Shown here: in pieces, positions 11,124-21,704 of the stretch
How positions within the stretch are numbered: the stretch's first letter is position 1
Layout: every line of letters begins with the position of its first letter
NCBI GenBank assembly: GCA_024641545.1
Contig: JAHECW010000002.1
Location: 14,164 to 78,163 of the forward strand
From: Acidobacteriota bacterium
GTDB taxonomy: Bacteria > Acidobacteriota > Thermoanaerobaculia > Thermoanaerobaculales > Sulfomarinibacteraceae
Reading direction: 5' to 3'
DNA length: 64,000 nucleotides
Translations under genes and position numbers: made by a program
Notes under the pieces: generated by a model
What the model was told of the DNA's origin: nothing
Seen by the model: only the letters and a program-made list of their open reading frames with translations
Databases searched by the model: none

Positions 11124-13526
11124 TCAATGAGCCATGGGCGGCGAATCCACGCGTGCGGAATGATCGCCAGCCGCCGCAGACACGTCCGTATCCAGCTCGC
11201 GAACCAGGGCGTTCGCGATGACCTTGTCCATGTGGCTGACGAAATGGAACTCGATTTCGTTGCGCACGTCCTTCGGGATCTCCTCGAGGTCCTTTTCGTT
11301 CTCTTCGGGGAGAATCACCTCGCGAATGCCCGCTCGATAGGCCGCGAGCACCTTGTCCTTGACGCCCCCGACCGGCAAGACCCGACCACGGAGGGTGATC
11401 TCACCCGTCATCGCCACATCGACGCGAACCGGGATCCTGGTAAACGCCGAGATGAGCGCGATCGCGAGGGTGATTCCGGCCGAAGGTCCATCCTTGGGTA
11501 TCGCTCCCTCGGGAACGTGAAGGTGGACGTCCTGGGTGGCGAAGACGTCGGGGTCGATCCCGAGCTCGTCGGCCTTGGAACGGACAAAGGACAGTGCCGC
11601 GCGGGCCGACTCCTGCATCACGTCACCGAGTTGACCGGTGAGCGTGAGGACGCCCTTTCCTCGCATGAGCGTCACTTCAGTGGTCAGCAACTCGCCGCCG
11701 ACCTGGGTCCAGGCGAGCCCGGAAGCCGCCCCGATCTCGGGATCCTGCTCGGGCTTCTGGGTCCGGTACCTCGGCTTGCCGAGGAGCTCTCCGACCGCCT
11801 CCGGCGTGATCTCGAGGGCTGCGTTCTTGGCTTTGATCTTCTCCTTGAGCACCTTCCGCGCGAGCTTGCGGCAGATCGAGGAGATCTCCCGCTCGAGGTT
11901 TCGCACCCCGGCCTCGCGGGTGTAGCCCTCGATGAGAAATTTCAACCCGTCTTCGGTGAAGTCGACGTTGAACTTGGTCAAGCCGTGGCGGTCGGTCTGG
12001 CGCGGTACCAGGAACCCAAGCGCGATCTGGAGCTTCTCGTGGTGGGTGTAGCCCGAGAGTTCGACCTTCTCCATACGGTCGAGCAGCGCGGGCGGGATCG
12101 GGTGGGTAACATTTGCGGTACAGATGAAGAGCACCTTGGAAAGGTCGTACTCGACATCGAGATAGTGGTCATGGAAGGTGTTGTTCTGCTCGGGATCGAG
12201 CACCTCGAGCAGGGCCCCGGCCGGGTCGCCGCGGAAATCGGCCGCCATCTTGTCGACCTCGTCGAGAAGCAGCACCGGATTGATGGTACCGCCCTTGCGC
12301 ATCATCTGGATGATCTGCCCGGGAAACGCGCCGATATAGGTCCGCCGGTGACCGCGGATCTCGGCCTCGTCGCGCACCCCACCGAGGGACAACCGAACGA
12401 ATTTCCGTCCGGTGGCGCGTGCGATGGACCGCGCCAACGATGTCTTTCCGACTCCCGGGGGACCGACAAAGCACAAGATGGTGCCGCCGGTCTTGCGGAC
12501 GAGTTGGCGCACCGCCAAGAACTCGAGGATCCGCTCCTTGACCTTCTCGAGCCCATAGTGGTCTTCGTTGAGGACGGTCTCGGCCCGCACGATGTCACGG
12601 ATCTCGCGGGACGACTTTGACCAGGGCACCGCCAGCAACCAGTCGACATAGTTGCGCGAGACCCCGGCTTCCGCGGAAACCGGCGGCATCCCTTCGAGAC
12701 GACGGATCTCGATGACGGCCTTCTCTTTGGCCTCTTCGGTCATCCCCGACTCGTCGATCTGCTTCTTGAGCTCGGCGAGTTCCTCGGTGGTGTCGTTCCG
12801 TCCCAGCTCTTCGTTGATGGCTTTGATCTTCTCCGACAGGTAATATTCGCGCTGCGCCTTCTCCATCTGCTTCTTGACCCGTGACGAGAGACGACGGTCG
12901 ATGTTGAGTTTCTCGATCTCCACATCGAGAAGATCGTTGAGCCGCTGGAGTCGATCGAGGGGGTTGAGCAGCTCGAGAAGCCGCTGCTTCTCCGCCGTCG
13001 GTTGGTTGAGGTGGGCCGCGAGGATGTCGGCGAATTGGTCAGGATCATCGGTCTGGAGTGATGCCAGCACCCCTTCGGCCGAGAGATGGTGGGAGAGCTT
13101 GGCGTACTCTTTGAAGAACTCGGTCAACTGAGCCATGTAACGGTTGAGGGTCTGGTCTTCGCCGACCTCGACGCGCTCGACCTTGACCGTCGCCATCAGA
13201 CATTCGGGATCGTCTTGGACTTCGGCCAGCCGGGCGCGCTCGAGCCCCTCGACCATCACCTTGATGTTGCCCGAGGCGAGCTGGAGATGCTGGACAACCC
13301 GCGCAACCACCCCGAGTCCGTGGATGTCGGCAAGCGTGGGCTCATCGATTTTCGGATCCCGCTGGGTGGCGAGGAAAAGCCTCTTGTCGGGTCGTTCGAG
13401 GGCGCGCTCGAGGGCGACCACCGAGGGTCGTCTGCCGACCACGAACGGCGCCATCATGTGCGGAAAAACGACCATGTCCCGCAACGGAACGATGGCGAGC
13501 GTCTGGGTTTCACGGACTGCTGTCAT
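11124..13526 (-). CDS. lon: ATP-dependent Lon protease
   Basis: Walker A 'GPPGVGKTS' and catalytic Ser 'PKDGPSAG'. 800 aa. Confidence 0.96.
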   Translation of the reverse strand: MTAVRETQTLAIVPLRDMVVFPHMMAPFVVGRRPSVVALERALERPDKRLFLATQRDPKIDEPTLADIHGLGVVARVVQHLQLASGNIKVMVEGLERARLAEVQDDPECLMATVKVERVEVGEDQTLNRYMAQLTEFFKEYAKLSHHLSAEGVLASLQTDDPDQFADILAAHLNQPTAEKQRLLELLNPLDRLQRLNDLLDVEIEKLNIDRRLSSRVKKQMEKAQREYYLSEKIKAINEELGRNDTTEELAELKKQIDESGMTEEAKEKAVIEIRRLEGMPPVSAEAGVSRNYVDWLLAVPWSKSSREIRDIVRAETVLNEDHYGLEKVKERILEFLAVRQLVRKTGGTILCFVGPPGVGKTSLARSIARATGRKFVRLSLGGVRDEAEIRGHRRTYIGAFPGQIIQMMRKGGTINPVLLLDEVDKMAADFRGDPAGALLEVLDPEQNNTFHDHYLDVEYDLSKVLFICTANVTHPIPPALLDRMEKVELSGYTHHEKLQIALGFLVPRQTDRHGLTKFNVDFTEDGLKFLIEGYTREAGVRNLEREISSICRKLARKVLKEKIKAKNAALEITPEAVGELLGKPRYRTQKPEQDPEIGAASGLAWTQVGGELLTTEVTLMRGKGVLTLTGQLGDVMQESARAALSFVRSKADELGIDPDVFATQDVHLHVPEGAIPKDGPSAGITLAIALISAFTRIPVRVDVAMTGEITLRGRVLPVGGVKDKVLAAYRAGIREVILPEENEKDLEEIPKDVRNEIEFHFVSHMDKVIANALVRELDTDVSAAAGDHSARVDSPPMAH

Positions 13527-13581
13527 CTTGTGTCTTTCTTCTGGGGGAGAGGACTCGGGCTGGCGGTACTAGGTTGAAGGA

Positions 13582-13597
13582 GGCGCGGTGCCGCGCC
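13582..13597 (-). terminator. GC hairpin between clpX and lon (possible attenuator)
   Basis: GGCGCGG-tg-CCGCGCC. On the minus strand it is followed by a T/C-rich stretch. Confidence 0.35.
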
Positions 13598-13606
13598 GCG
13601 GACGTC

Positions 13607-14842
<1,236 letters not shown>

Positions 14843-14877
14843 CTATCCTCCTCGGTTCATTGTATCCCATTTCAGGT

Positions 14878-15468
14878 CTACTCTCTGGAAACAATGATCT
14901 TGTCGATGAGGCCGTAGTCTTTCGCTCCATCCGCCTCGAGAATGAAGTCCCGTTCGGTGTCGAGATTGATCTTGTCCATGGGTTGTCCCGTGTGATCGGC
15001 CAGGATTCTGTTCAACCGCTCCCGAAGCCGCATGATGTCCTTGGCGTGGATGTCGATATCCGTCGCCTGACCCTGGAGGCCCGACATCAGCGGTTGGTGC
15101 AGCAGGACCCGGCTGTGCGGCAGCGCGTACCTCTTCCCCGCCGCGCCGCCCGCGAGGAGGATGGCGCCCATGGAGGCCGCCTGACCGAGGGCGATGGTGG
15201 CGACATCGGGTTTGACGTACTGCATCGTGTCGTAGATGGCGAGCCCGGCGGTGATGGCTCCGCCCGGGGTGTTGACGTAGAGATAGATGTCCTTTTCGGG
15301 GTTCTCGGCCTCGAGAAAGAGCAGTTGGGCGATGACGAGGGAGGCCACCTGGTCATCGATGGCCGATCCGAGGAAGATGACATTGTCCTTGAGCAGGCGC
15401 GAAAAGATGTCGTAGGACCGTTCGCCCCGACTTGTCTTCTCGATGACGTAGGGGATCGTGAAGCTCAT
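14878..15468 (-). CDS. clpP: ClpP protease
   Basis: Contains 'GQAASMGA' (Ser) and 'LLHQP' (His). ATGA overlap with tig. Confidence 0.97.
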   Translation of the reverse strand: MSFTIPYVIEKTSRGERSYDIFSRLLKDNVIFLGSAIDDQVASLVIAQLLFLEAENPEKDIYLYVNTPGGAITAGLAIYDTMQYVKPDVATIALGQAASMGAILLAGGAAGKRYALPHSRVLLHQPLMSGLQGQATDIDIHAKDIMRLRERLNRILADHTGQPMDKINLDTERDFILEADGAKDYGLIDKIIVSRE

Positions 15469-16751
15469 TTTTCCATCTCCCCGCCCGCTCTGCGGATCAT
15501 CTCATCGACCACCGCGGTCATCCGCGCCGCGTGCCGAATCGACTCGAGCTTCTCCTCGGCGGCGAGATTGGCCTTGTGTTCGGTCGGCGGAATGCCGAGC
15601 CGAGAGGCTTCCGCGGTGATATAGGCTTCGACTTCGGCCTCGGGGACCGGGGTCTCCCACTCCATCGCCAGTTGCTCGAGGACGAGATTGTCGGCAACAA
15701 ACCGGCGGGCGGCGGGTTCGGCCTTGGCCGAGAGTTCCTGCCAATCAAAGTTCCCGTCCTCGGGACCGGCGCCGCGCATGGCCATCTCATAGGCAAAACG
15801 ATTCACCCGCTCGCTGACGGCGTTCTGAACCAGGGACGACGGCAGGGAATTGAGGTCGATGCCGCCGGAAAGCTGGTCGAGCAACGACCGCCGCCATTGA
15901 TCCCGGCGTTCGGCGGTCTTTCGCCGCACGAGCGCCTCGTTGAGCCGCTCCTTGAGCTCGGCCAGATCCTCGAGACCGAGGGTTTTGGCAAGCTCGTCGT
16001 CGACCTCGGGCAGGACTTTGGCTTTCAGGGCCTTGACCTTGATGGTGTAGTTGACCTTCTTGCCGGCCCGTTCTTTGTTCTGGTCATCCTCGGGAAAGGC
16101 CTTGACCGCGACTCTCTCGTCGCCGGCCCTGGCCCCCTGGAGCGCCTCGTTGACCTCGGGGGGCAAGGAGTCTGCGCCGAGGACAAAACGGGCATCGTTC
16201 TCTTCATAGGGTTCCTGGTCCGAATCTTCCATCAGCCCGACCAGATCGGCTTCGATGAGCATCCCATCGACCGCCTCCCGGTCTTCCACCGGCTCCCAGA
16301 CACCCTGCTGCTGCCGGAGCTGCTCGAGCTCGGCGTCGACCTCGGCGGCGGCGACATCGAGCGACACCTCGTCGAGCGTGGCGGTGGCGAGATCGGGAAG
16401 CTCATAGCTCGGCCTCACCTCGAACTCGGCGGTGAACTCGAAGGAGCCGTCGTCGGTCAAGTCCACCCCGCGCACCTGGGGCACGGTGAGGGGCTGGAGA
16501 TCCTTCTCCGCCTCCATCACCTCCTGCCAGACAAGCTGGCTGAGATGCTCCTTGAGCTCGGCGTCGATATCATCGGCAAAACGGGCTCGGATCATCGACT
16601 CCGGTGCCTTGCCGTCGCGAAAACCGGGAAGCTTCGCTCGACGCCTGATCGAGCGGACGATGGCCTGCCGCTCGCGGTCGACGATTTCGGTTTGGAGGCT
16701 GCCGGCAACCTCGAGTTTGTAGTTTGCATGCTCGGTCAATTTGTATGTCAT
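15465..16751 (-). CDS. tig: Trigger factor
   Basis: Ribosome-binding signature 'GFRDGKAP'. It sits upstream of clpPX. Confidence 0.9.
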   Translation of the reverse strand: MTYKLTEHANYKLEVAGSLQTEIVDRERQAIVRSIRRRAKLPGFRDGKAPESMIRARFADDIDAELKEHLSQLVWQEVMEAEKDLQPLTVPQVRGVDLTDDGSFEFTAEFEVRPSYELPDLATATLDEVSLDVAAAEVDAELEQLRQQQGVWEPVEDREAVDGMLIEADLVGLMEDSDQEPYEENDARFVLGADSLPPEVNEALQGARAGDERVAVKAFPEDDQNKERAGKKVNYTIKVKALKAKVLPEVDDELAKTLGLEDLAELKERLNEALVRRKTAERRDQWRRSLLDQLSGGIDLNSLPSSLVQNAVSERVNRFAYEMAMRGAGPEDGNFDWQELSAKAEPAARRFVADNLVLEQLAMEWETPVPEAEVEAYITAEASRLGIPPTEHKANLAAEEKLESIRHAARMTAVVDEMIRRAGGEMEK

Positions 16752-16765
16752 GAATTCTCTCCGGC

Positions 16766-16852
16766 TGGTGCGAAAGGGGGGAATCGAACCCCCACGGGGA
16801 GTCCCCCACGAGATCCTAAGTCTCGCGCGTCTACCGGTTCCGCCACTTTCGC
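16766..16852 (-). tRNA. tRNA-Leu (anticodon TAG), long variable arm, CCA encoded
   Basis: Manual cloverleaf. Acceptor GCGAAAG/CTTTCGC, anticodon loop CTTAGGA, T-arm GGGGG-TTCGATT-CCCCC. Confidence 0.9.
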
Positions 16853-16867
16853 GCGGATGAAAGGAAA

Positions 16868-16943
16868 TGGTGAGCCGTGGAGGAATCGAACCTCCAACCT
16901 AGTGATTAAGAGTCACTTGCTCTGCCAATTGAGCTAACGGCCC
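16868..16943 (-). tRNA. tRNA-Lys (anticodon CTT), CCA encoded
   Basis: Manual cloverleaf. Acceptor GGGCCGT/ACGGCTC, anticodon loop CTCTTAA, T-arm GGAGG-TTCGATT-CCTCC. Confidence 0.9.
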
Positions 16944-16955
16944 ACGGCGACGCGC

Positions 16956-16984
16956 ACTCTACCTCAAAACCTCCCGAGGAGCAA
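16956..16984 (-). promoter_or_regulatory. Candidate sigma-70 promoter for tRNA-Lys/tRNA-Leu (and tig)
   Basis: On the minus strand: TTGCTC -17 nt- TAGAGT. The -10 ends 12 nt upstream of the tRNA-Lys 5' end. Confidence 0.45.
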
Positions 16985-17167
16985 GCTCGAATGCAGAGTT
17001 TGTGGTGAGTCGGAGGTAGAAAGCAGATTCGGCGATCGGGGGGATGATCATGAACTCCGCAAGACCGCCCTTTGCTTCCAGTGGTTTCCACCCGATGCGG
17101 GTCCGGCACCCCGGGAACGGGAGCGGGAGCGCCAGCCACTCGGTCCCCGCTTCTGGCGGTGCTCCGG

Positions 17168-18001
17168 TCACCGGTGGACGAGGTGTTTGATCTCGGATTG
17201 GCCGAGGTCGGACTCGGCGGTGATGACGACCGCCGAGGTTCCACCGCTGAATTCGGGCAGCAGTTCGGTTGCGACAAAGACCCCGTCGTCGTCGGTCTTC
17301 CCCTCGGCAAGAACCAAACGGCGCGGTTCCGAGGTCGACTTGAAGAGCACAGTGATCCGGACCCCAGGCTGTACGGTGTTCGACTGCGAGTCGACCGCGG
17401 AGATCGAGATCTCGGCTTTGCTGCCGTAAACGAAATCGTGTTTGCCGACGGCCCGGAGCACGAGATGAGCGCGGCCGCGTTGAGCCGCGAGATAATCGAG
17501 GATGACCTGATCGAGGGTCGGCTCGTCGCCCTCGCCCCCGGTCGCGTTTTCAGCATCGAGTAAACCAATATCGCCGCCACGCGAGATCCCGGTGTCGTCG
17601 TCTTCGTTGACTGTTTCCGGCCCGTCCACCAACTGCGCCAGCCGGCCGCGTCGAATCACTTCGACGATGGTGTGGTGTTGGCGCTCCATGAGGGTGGCGA
17701 TGGCGCTGTTCTCGACTTCCTCTTCAACGAGATCCCGGTACGAGGTCCTCCTCGAATACAGGATCTCCCCGCGGGCGTAGACCAGGCTCTCGACGATGGG
17801 GTTCGAGCGTCCCTTGTCTTCGGTCTGCACGTGGTACGTCGTGCCCGCGTTTTCGATATCGGTGTTGTAACCAGTCAGCACCAACGTTCCGGCTCCATCC
17901 AATACGGCAGCCAACAGGCTACCCCCTCGTGCGGGTGTGGTCAATTGCTCGCCAGGGCAACCGGTTCTCGCGAATCCTCGGTCGTCGATCGCAGCTCGCA
18001 A
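17168..18001 (-). CDS. Uncharacterised two-domain protein (N-terminal 'YHVQTEDKG' domain plus C-terminal beta-sandwich)
   Basis: The ORF has high third-position GC. The likely true start is TTG 17914, 7 nt after GAGGGGG. I recognise no family motif. Confidence 0.6.
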   Translation of the reverse strand: MRAAIDDRGFARTGCPGEQLTTPARGGSLLAAVLDGAGTLVLTGYNTDIENAGTTYHVQTEDKGRSNPIVESLVYARGEILYSRRTSYRDLVEEEVENSAIATLMERQHHTIVEVIRRGRLAQLVDGPETVNEDDDTGISRGGDIGLLDAENATGGEGDEPTLDQVILDYLAAQRGRAHLVLRAVGKHDFVYGSKAEISISAVDSQSNTVQPGVRITVLFKSTSEPRRLVLAEGKTDDDGVFVATELLPEFSGGTSAVVITAESDLGQSEIKHLVHR

Positions 18002-18196
18002 GCCGTTCGCGGTCGTGTCCCGACCCCGGCTTCGGTTTGAGCGGGATGGGGCGCAACATGGCCGAATGCCGGTCCGGAGTCGGGCGGCTCTCGCAAAAAT
18101 CCCACCTGCGCCTCCCGGCCGCCGATCCCCGACCGCCGGCTCACGAAGGGAGGCGCCCCTTCAGCGGACGCAACCGGTCGGGTCTACAATGCCCGC

Positions 18197-18622
18197 ATGG
18201 CGCCGCTGAACATCCTTTTCATCTGTGTCGGCAACACCTGCCGCTCGCCGATGGCCGAGGCCATCGCCCGCGGCTTGGGGGTGATGGAGGTCAGGGCGTC
18301 ATCCGCCGGCATCATGCCTTTCGGCCGGATCGTGCCCGCGACCGTTGCGGCGCTGGAGGCGCTCGGCTACGACCCGGGCGGACTCTCTTCCAAGGGGTTC
18401 GAGAGCATCGACCTGGCAGGCTTCGACATCATCGTCTCGCTCCTGGGCCCCGCCGGTCTGAGTTATCTTCCTCCCTCCCTCGGGGCGCAGCTCGAATCCT
18501 GGTCGATCAGAGATCCCTACGGCGAGGATGACGAGGTCTATCTCCGCGTGGCTCGGGATCTCGAACGGCGGATCCGAGGCCTCCTTTCGGATCATGAGAT
18601 TCGGGAACTCCCCATCCTTTAG
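18197..18622 (+). CDS. Low-molecular-weight protein-tyrosine phosphatase / ArsC-fold
   Basis: P-loop 'CVGNTCRS' and a general-acid 'DPYG' motif. Confidence 0.85.
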   Translation: MAPLNILFICVGNTCRSPMAEAIARGLGVMEVRASSAGIMPFGRIVPATVAALEALGYDPGGLSSKGFESIDLAGFDIIVSLLGPAGLSYLPPSLGAQLESWSIRDPYGEDDEVYLRVARDLERRIRGLLSDHEIRELPIL

Positions 18623-18682
18623 AGCGTCACACTGAATGAGGAAAGGAGGCCCGGCTCGTGCGATCCATGGCACACTTGAGAG

Positions 18683-19183
18683 GTGGTATTCGACGAGGTG
18701 TATGAGCGCTTTCGGCGGCCGATCTGGCGATTGGCGCGACGACTCACCGACAACGATGATGAGGCGTTCGATGCGACTCAGGAGATCTTTCTTCGAGTGT
18801 GGCGCGGGCTCGCCGGTTTCCGCGGCGAGGCCAAGGTCTCGACCTGGGTTTTTCAGATCGCCTGGAACTACCTTCGTGGGCACCACCGACGACGAGGCAG
18901 GCTCCTCAACCTGGTGGTGGATCAGTCCGACGAGATCGTGGCGCGCGCTGCGGATCCGTCAGCCGGCCCGGAGCGACAGGCCGTGTCATCGGATCTGCTC
19001 GATCGCGTCACCGCGGCGATGGACGGTCTCCCCGAACACTACCGGATTGTCGTCTGGTTGCGCGATGGGGAGGAGCTCAGCTACACCGAAATCGCCGAGG
19101 TCCTCGATCTCCCCATCGGCACCGTGCGATCGCGGCTCGCGCGAGCGCGAACGGCACTCAAGAAGGCGGTGGGCCTGCCATGA
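18683..19183 (+). CDS. ECF (group 4) RNA polymerase sigma factor
   Basis: Region 2 'FDATQEIFLRVW' and region 4 HTH 'LSYTEIAEVLDLPIGTVRSRLARAR'. GTG start. Confidence 0.9.
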   Translation: MVFDEVYERFRRPIWRLARRLTDNDDEAFDATQEIFLRVWRGLAGFRGEAKVSTWVFQIAWNYLRGHHRRRGRLLNLVVDQSDEIVARAADPSAGPERQAVSSDLLDRVTAAMDGLPEHYRIVVWLRDGEELSYTEIAEVLDLPIGTVRSRLARARTALKKAVGLP

Positions 19184-20241
19184 ATAGGGCGTTGAGTGAA
19201 CTCGTCAGTCGGTACGCCGACGGTGACCTGGACGATGCCGAGTCGTCGCGCCTCGAGGCGCAGGCCGAGAGCGATCCCGAGCTCGCCGCGGAGATCGACG
19301 CCACCAGGCGTATCAGGGCGGCGGTTCAGACGCTCGCGGGCCGCATGGAACCGCCCGCGGCGCTGGACCGGGTGATGGAGCCGCTTCGCCAGGGTCCGCC
19401 GGCACCGACGCAGCGGACCCGGCCGGTCTATCGCTGGCTCGGAATTGCCGCGGCCGTGGTCTTGGGAGTGACCGTGGCGACGGAGATGGTTCGCCGCAAT
19501 CCCACCCCTGCCCCGAGTCGAACCCCGGCACAGCAGGAGCGCCGGCTTCAAGGGTCGGAGAAGATCTTCGAACTCGCGCCGCTGCCGACCGCGGTTCCGG
19601 ATGACGACCGACCCCTCGGGGCGGCGGACCACCTGCTCGAAGAGGAGCCGGCGCTGCCGCCGGCCCCCGAACCGGCCGCCCTCGAGGTGATGGGGCCACT
19701 CACCACCGCGGCGCCGTCCGATGCCGCGGTCGAGCCCTTCTCCTCGACCGAGGATCGGTTGTCCGCCGCGGACGAGGGCCTCGCGTCCGAGTTCGCGGTA
19801 GGTGCGCAACGGAGTTCGGCGAAGAACGAACCCGTTTCTCGGGTCGAAGGCTCCATCGAGGCCAGCTCCGCGGCACCGCCCAAGAAGGATCGGTTGCAGC
19901 TCGACGGTGATCTCCAATCCACGGCCGGATTGACCGGCGCCGGTCAACCGGGTCGGGAGCCGGCGGCGGGCGGGGCGCTGCGCGCGGCGGTTTCGGTCAC
20001 CCTGCGGATCGACGGCAGCGCGGTCTGGTCCGGCTCCTCGTCGGCGTGTCGGGTCGGCAGAATTTCGGTTCGGATCGAGGTCCGCGGGCACGTGGTGTCA
20101 AACCTGGAACCCGTCGTCGTCGCGGCAGAAGGCACCGCCGGCGCGGTCTGCGAACCCGATGGGTTGATCGGATCGAGCCTCGAAGGCGTCAGCGACGGAA
20201 CCTACCTGGGCGAACTCGTGATCGGAGAGTCTCCCGAATAG
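19180..20241 (+). CDS. Putative single-pass anti-sigma factor
   Basis: ATGA overlap with the sigma gene. It has an N-terminal anti-sigma-like helix bundle without an HxxxCxxC zinc motif. One TM 'WLGIAAAVVLGVTV' is followed by a Pro/Ala-rich exterior part. Confidence 0.6.
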   Translation: MNRALSELVSRYADGDLDDAESSRLEAQAESDPELAAEIDATRRIRAAVQTLAGRMEPPAALDRVMEPLRQGPPAPTQRTRPVYRWLGIAAAVVLGVTVATEMVRRNPTPAPSRTPAQQERRLQGSEKIFELAPLPTAVPDDDRPLGAADHLLEEEPALPPAPEPAALEVMGPLTTAAPSDAAVEPFSSTEDRLSAADEGLASEFAVGAQRSSAKNEPVSRVEGSIEASSAAPPKKDRLQLDGDLQSTAGLTGAGQPGREPAAGGALRAAVSVTLRIDGSAVWSGSSSACRVGRISVRIEVRGHVVSNLEPVVVAAEGTAGAVCEPDGLIGSSLEGVSDGTYLGELVIGESPE

Positions 20242-20246
20242 ACGCA

Positions 20247-20266
20247 GGCGCGGCAAGAGCCGCGCC
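20247..20266. terminator. GC hairpin between convergent genes
   Basis: GGCGCGGC-aaga-GCCGCGCC. Confidence 0.5.
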
Positions 20267-20303
20267 CGAACGCTTCGCTGCATTATCGCGCGCGGTCAGA
20301 GCA

Positions 20304-20642
20304 TCACTTGAAGGCGGCAAGACCCTCTTGGACGTTGTCCAGAACATCGAAAACGGTGATGAGCTGGGTCACGTGCAGAATGTCGTTGATCTTCGGGGAA
20401 AGGCGCAGCAGCTTGAGCTGGCCGCCGCGTTTGGTCACGGTGGTGTAGCACGCCACCATCTCGCCGATTCCGGAGGAATCGATGGCGCTGACCCCGGCCA
20501 AGTCGATGAGGATCTTTTTCTGGCCGTCTTCGAGCGAACGGTCCACCAACTCGCGCATCTTGACATCGCCCGTGCCAATCGTGATCTTACCCGACAGTTC
20601 GATGATTCGAACATCGTCCACATCACGGATTTCACTCTTCAT
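20304..20642 (-). CDS. STAS-domain anti-sigma-factor antagonist (SpoIIAA/RsbV-like)
   Basis: 112 aa. 'AIDSSGIGEMV' carries the conserved phosphorylatable Ser. Confidence 0.85.
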   Translation of the reverse strand: MKSEIRDVDDVRIIELSGKITIGTGDVKMRELVDRSLEDGQKKILIDLAGVSAIDSSGIGEMVACYTTVTKRGGQLKLLRLSPKINDILHVTQLITVFDVLDNVQEGLAAFK

Positions 20643-21087
20643 TTCCAGAACTCCTTGTCTCGGGCTCGAGGCGTCGGGTCATCTCGACCACCGTGCCGCC
20701 GCCCGGAGAGCGACTGAACGTCACACCAGTCATGAATTGTCGCATGTAGAAGATACCGCGTCCGCTCGGGCGCAGCAAATAGTCGGGCTCGGTGGGGTCG
20801 GGGATCGCATCGATGTCGAATCCTTCGCCCTCGTCCTCGACCCGTATCAGGACCTCGCCATCGTGGATTCGCAGGTCGATGAGGACTGATTTCTCCGGGT
20901 CCTGCCGGTTGCCGTGGCGGATGGCGTTGGCCGCCGCCTCTCGGAGCGCTGTGACGAGCCAGTAGCAGTCGTCTCCGGAAAACCCCGCTTGGCCGCAGAG
21001 ATCCACCAGCGACCGCTCGGCGATCTCAATATTCTCGAACCGGCTCGAAAGCACGAGGTGGGCATGTCGGGAAGGGTTGACCGGCAT
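20632..21087 (-). CDS. Anti-sigma regulatory Ser kinase (RsbW/SpoIIAB-like HATPase)
   Basis: N-box 'EAAANAIRHG' and G-boxes 'DEGEGFD' and 'GRGIFYM'. It overlaps the STAS gene by 11 nt. Start chosen at 'MPVNPS'. Confidence 0.8.
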   Translation of the reverse strand: MPVNPSRHAHLVLSSRFENIEIAERSLVDLCGQAGFSGDDCYWLVTALREAAANAIRHGNRQDPEKSVLIDLRIHDGEVLIRVEDEGEGFDIDAIPDPTEPDYLLRPSGRGIFYMRQFMTGVTFSRSPGGGTVVEMTRRLEPETRSSGNEE

Positions 21088-21284
21088 CGTTGCTGGATTA
21101 TACCTAAGACGAGCGGTTTTGCCGGATGAGATGTGCCAGGATCTTGATGCTCCTGCGCTCGCGAAAAGCGCAGGCATACCCTTTGGTATTCCGAGCATTA
21201 TTGCAAGTATCCAGAGCCCAGGAGCTTGGTGCGGATCGCCGGCGGGAATCGTTCATCTTAGGTTTGGGCAATCCGGCCGTGCGG

Positions 21285-21656
21285 TCAGTCGAAATACTGG
21301 TCTTCCTCGTCATCGACATCATCGTCGCCGGGTTCGACCATCTGCAGGATCCACCGGTGGAAGTTCTCCTCGGCGGCCGAAACCGGCAGCGCGAGGATCT
21401 CGGGCAACTCGTATGAATGGAATTCCCGGATGGCGGCCGACACCCGATCGAAGAGCCGCTTCGGGGTCTTGATCAAGAGAAGATACTCGGTGTCCTCGCA
21501 GATTTTCCCCTTCCAGCGATAGATGGAACGCAGGCAGGGAACGATGTTGACGCAGGTGGCGAATCGACGAGCGATGAGTTCCTCTGAAATCTCCACCGCC
21601 TGCTGTTCGGTTCCCACCGACGTCATGACCACAGTGATCTCGTCGAGACGACTCAT
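21285..21656 (-). CDS. cutA: Divalent-cation tolerance protein CutA
   Basis: Contains 'CVNIVPCLRSIYRWKGK'. Acidic tail. Confidence 0.85.
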   Translation of the reverse strand: MSRLDEITVVMTSVGTEQQAVEISEELIARRFATCVNIVPCLRSIYRWKGKICEDTEYLLLIKTPKRLFDRVSAAIREFHSYELPEILALPVSAAEENFHRWILQMVEPGDDDVDDEEDQYFD

Positions 21657-21662
21657 ACTGGC

Positions 21663-21691
21663 ACGCTAGCGAAATCAGCCCACACAGTCAA
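21663..21691 (-). promoter_or_regulatory. cutA promoter with leaderless geometry
   Basis: On the minus strand: TTGACT -17 nt- TAGCGT -6 nt- ATG. Confidence 0.55.
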
Positions 21692-21704
21692 GAAGAAGGG
21701 CGCG

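Noticed and set aside
16959-17171. 70-aa minus-strand ORF whose GTG overlaps the stop of the 17168 gene (GTGA)
   Set aside because: It has lower third-position GC than its neighbours, no SD and no motif, and it runs into the tRNA promoter. It is kept only as a remote possibility.
18636-18665. GAGGAAAGGAGGCCCGGCTCG, resembling the RNase P RNA 'GAGGAAAGTCCGGGCTC' core
   Set aside because: The key GTCCGGGC is not reproduced. The flanking sequence is only a 60-nt spacer, and there is no room for a 350-400-nt RNA.
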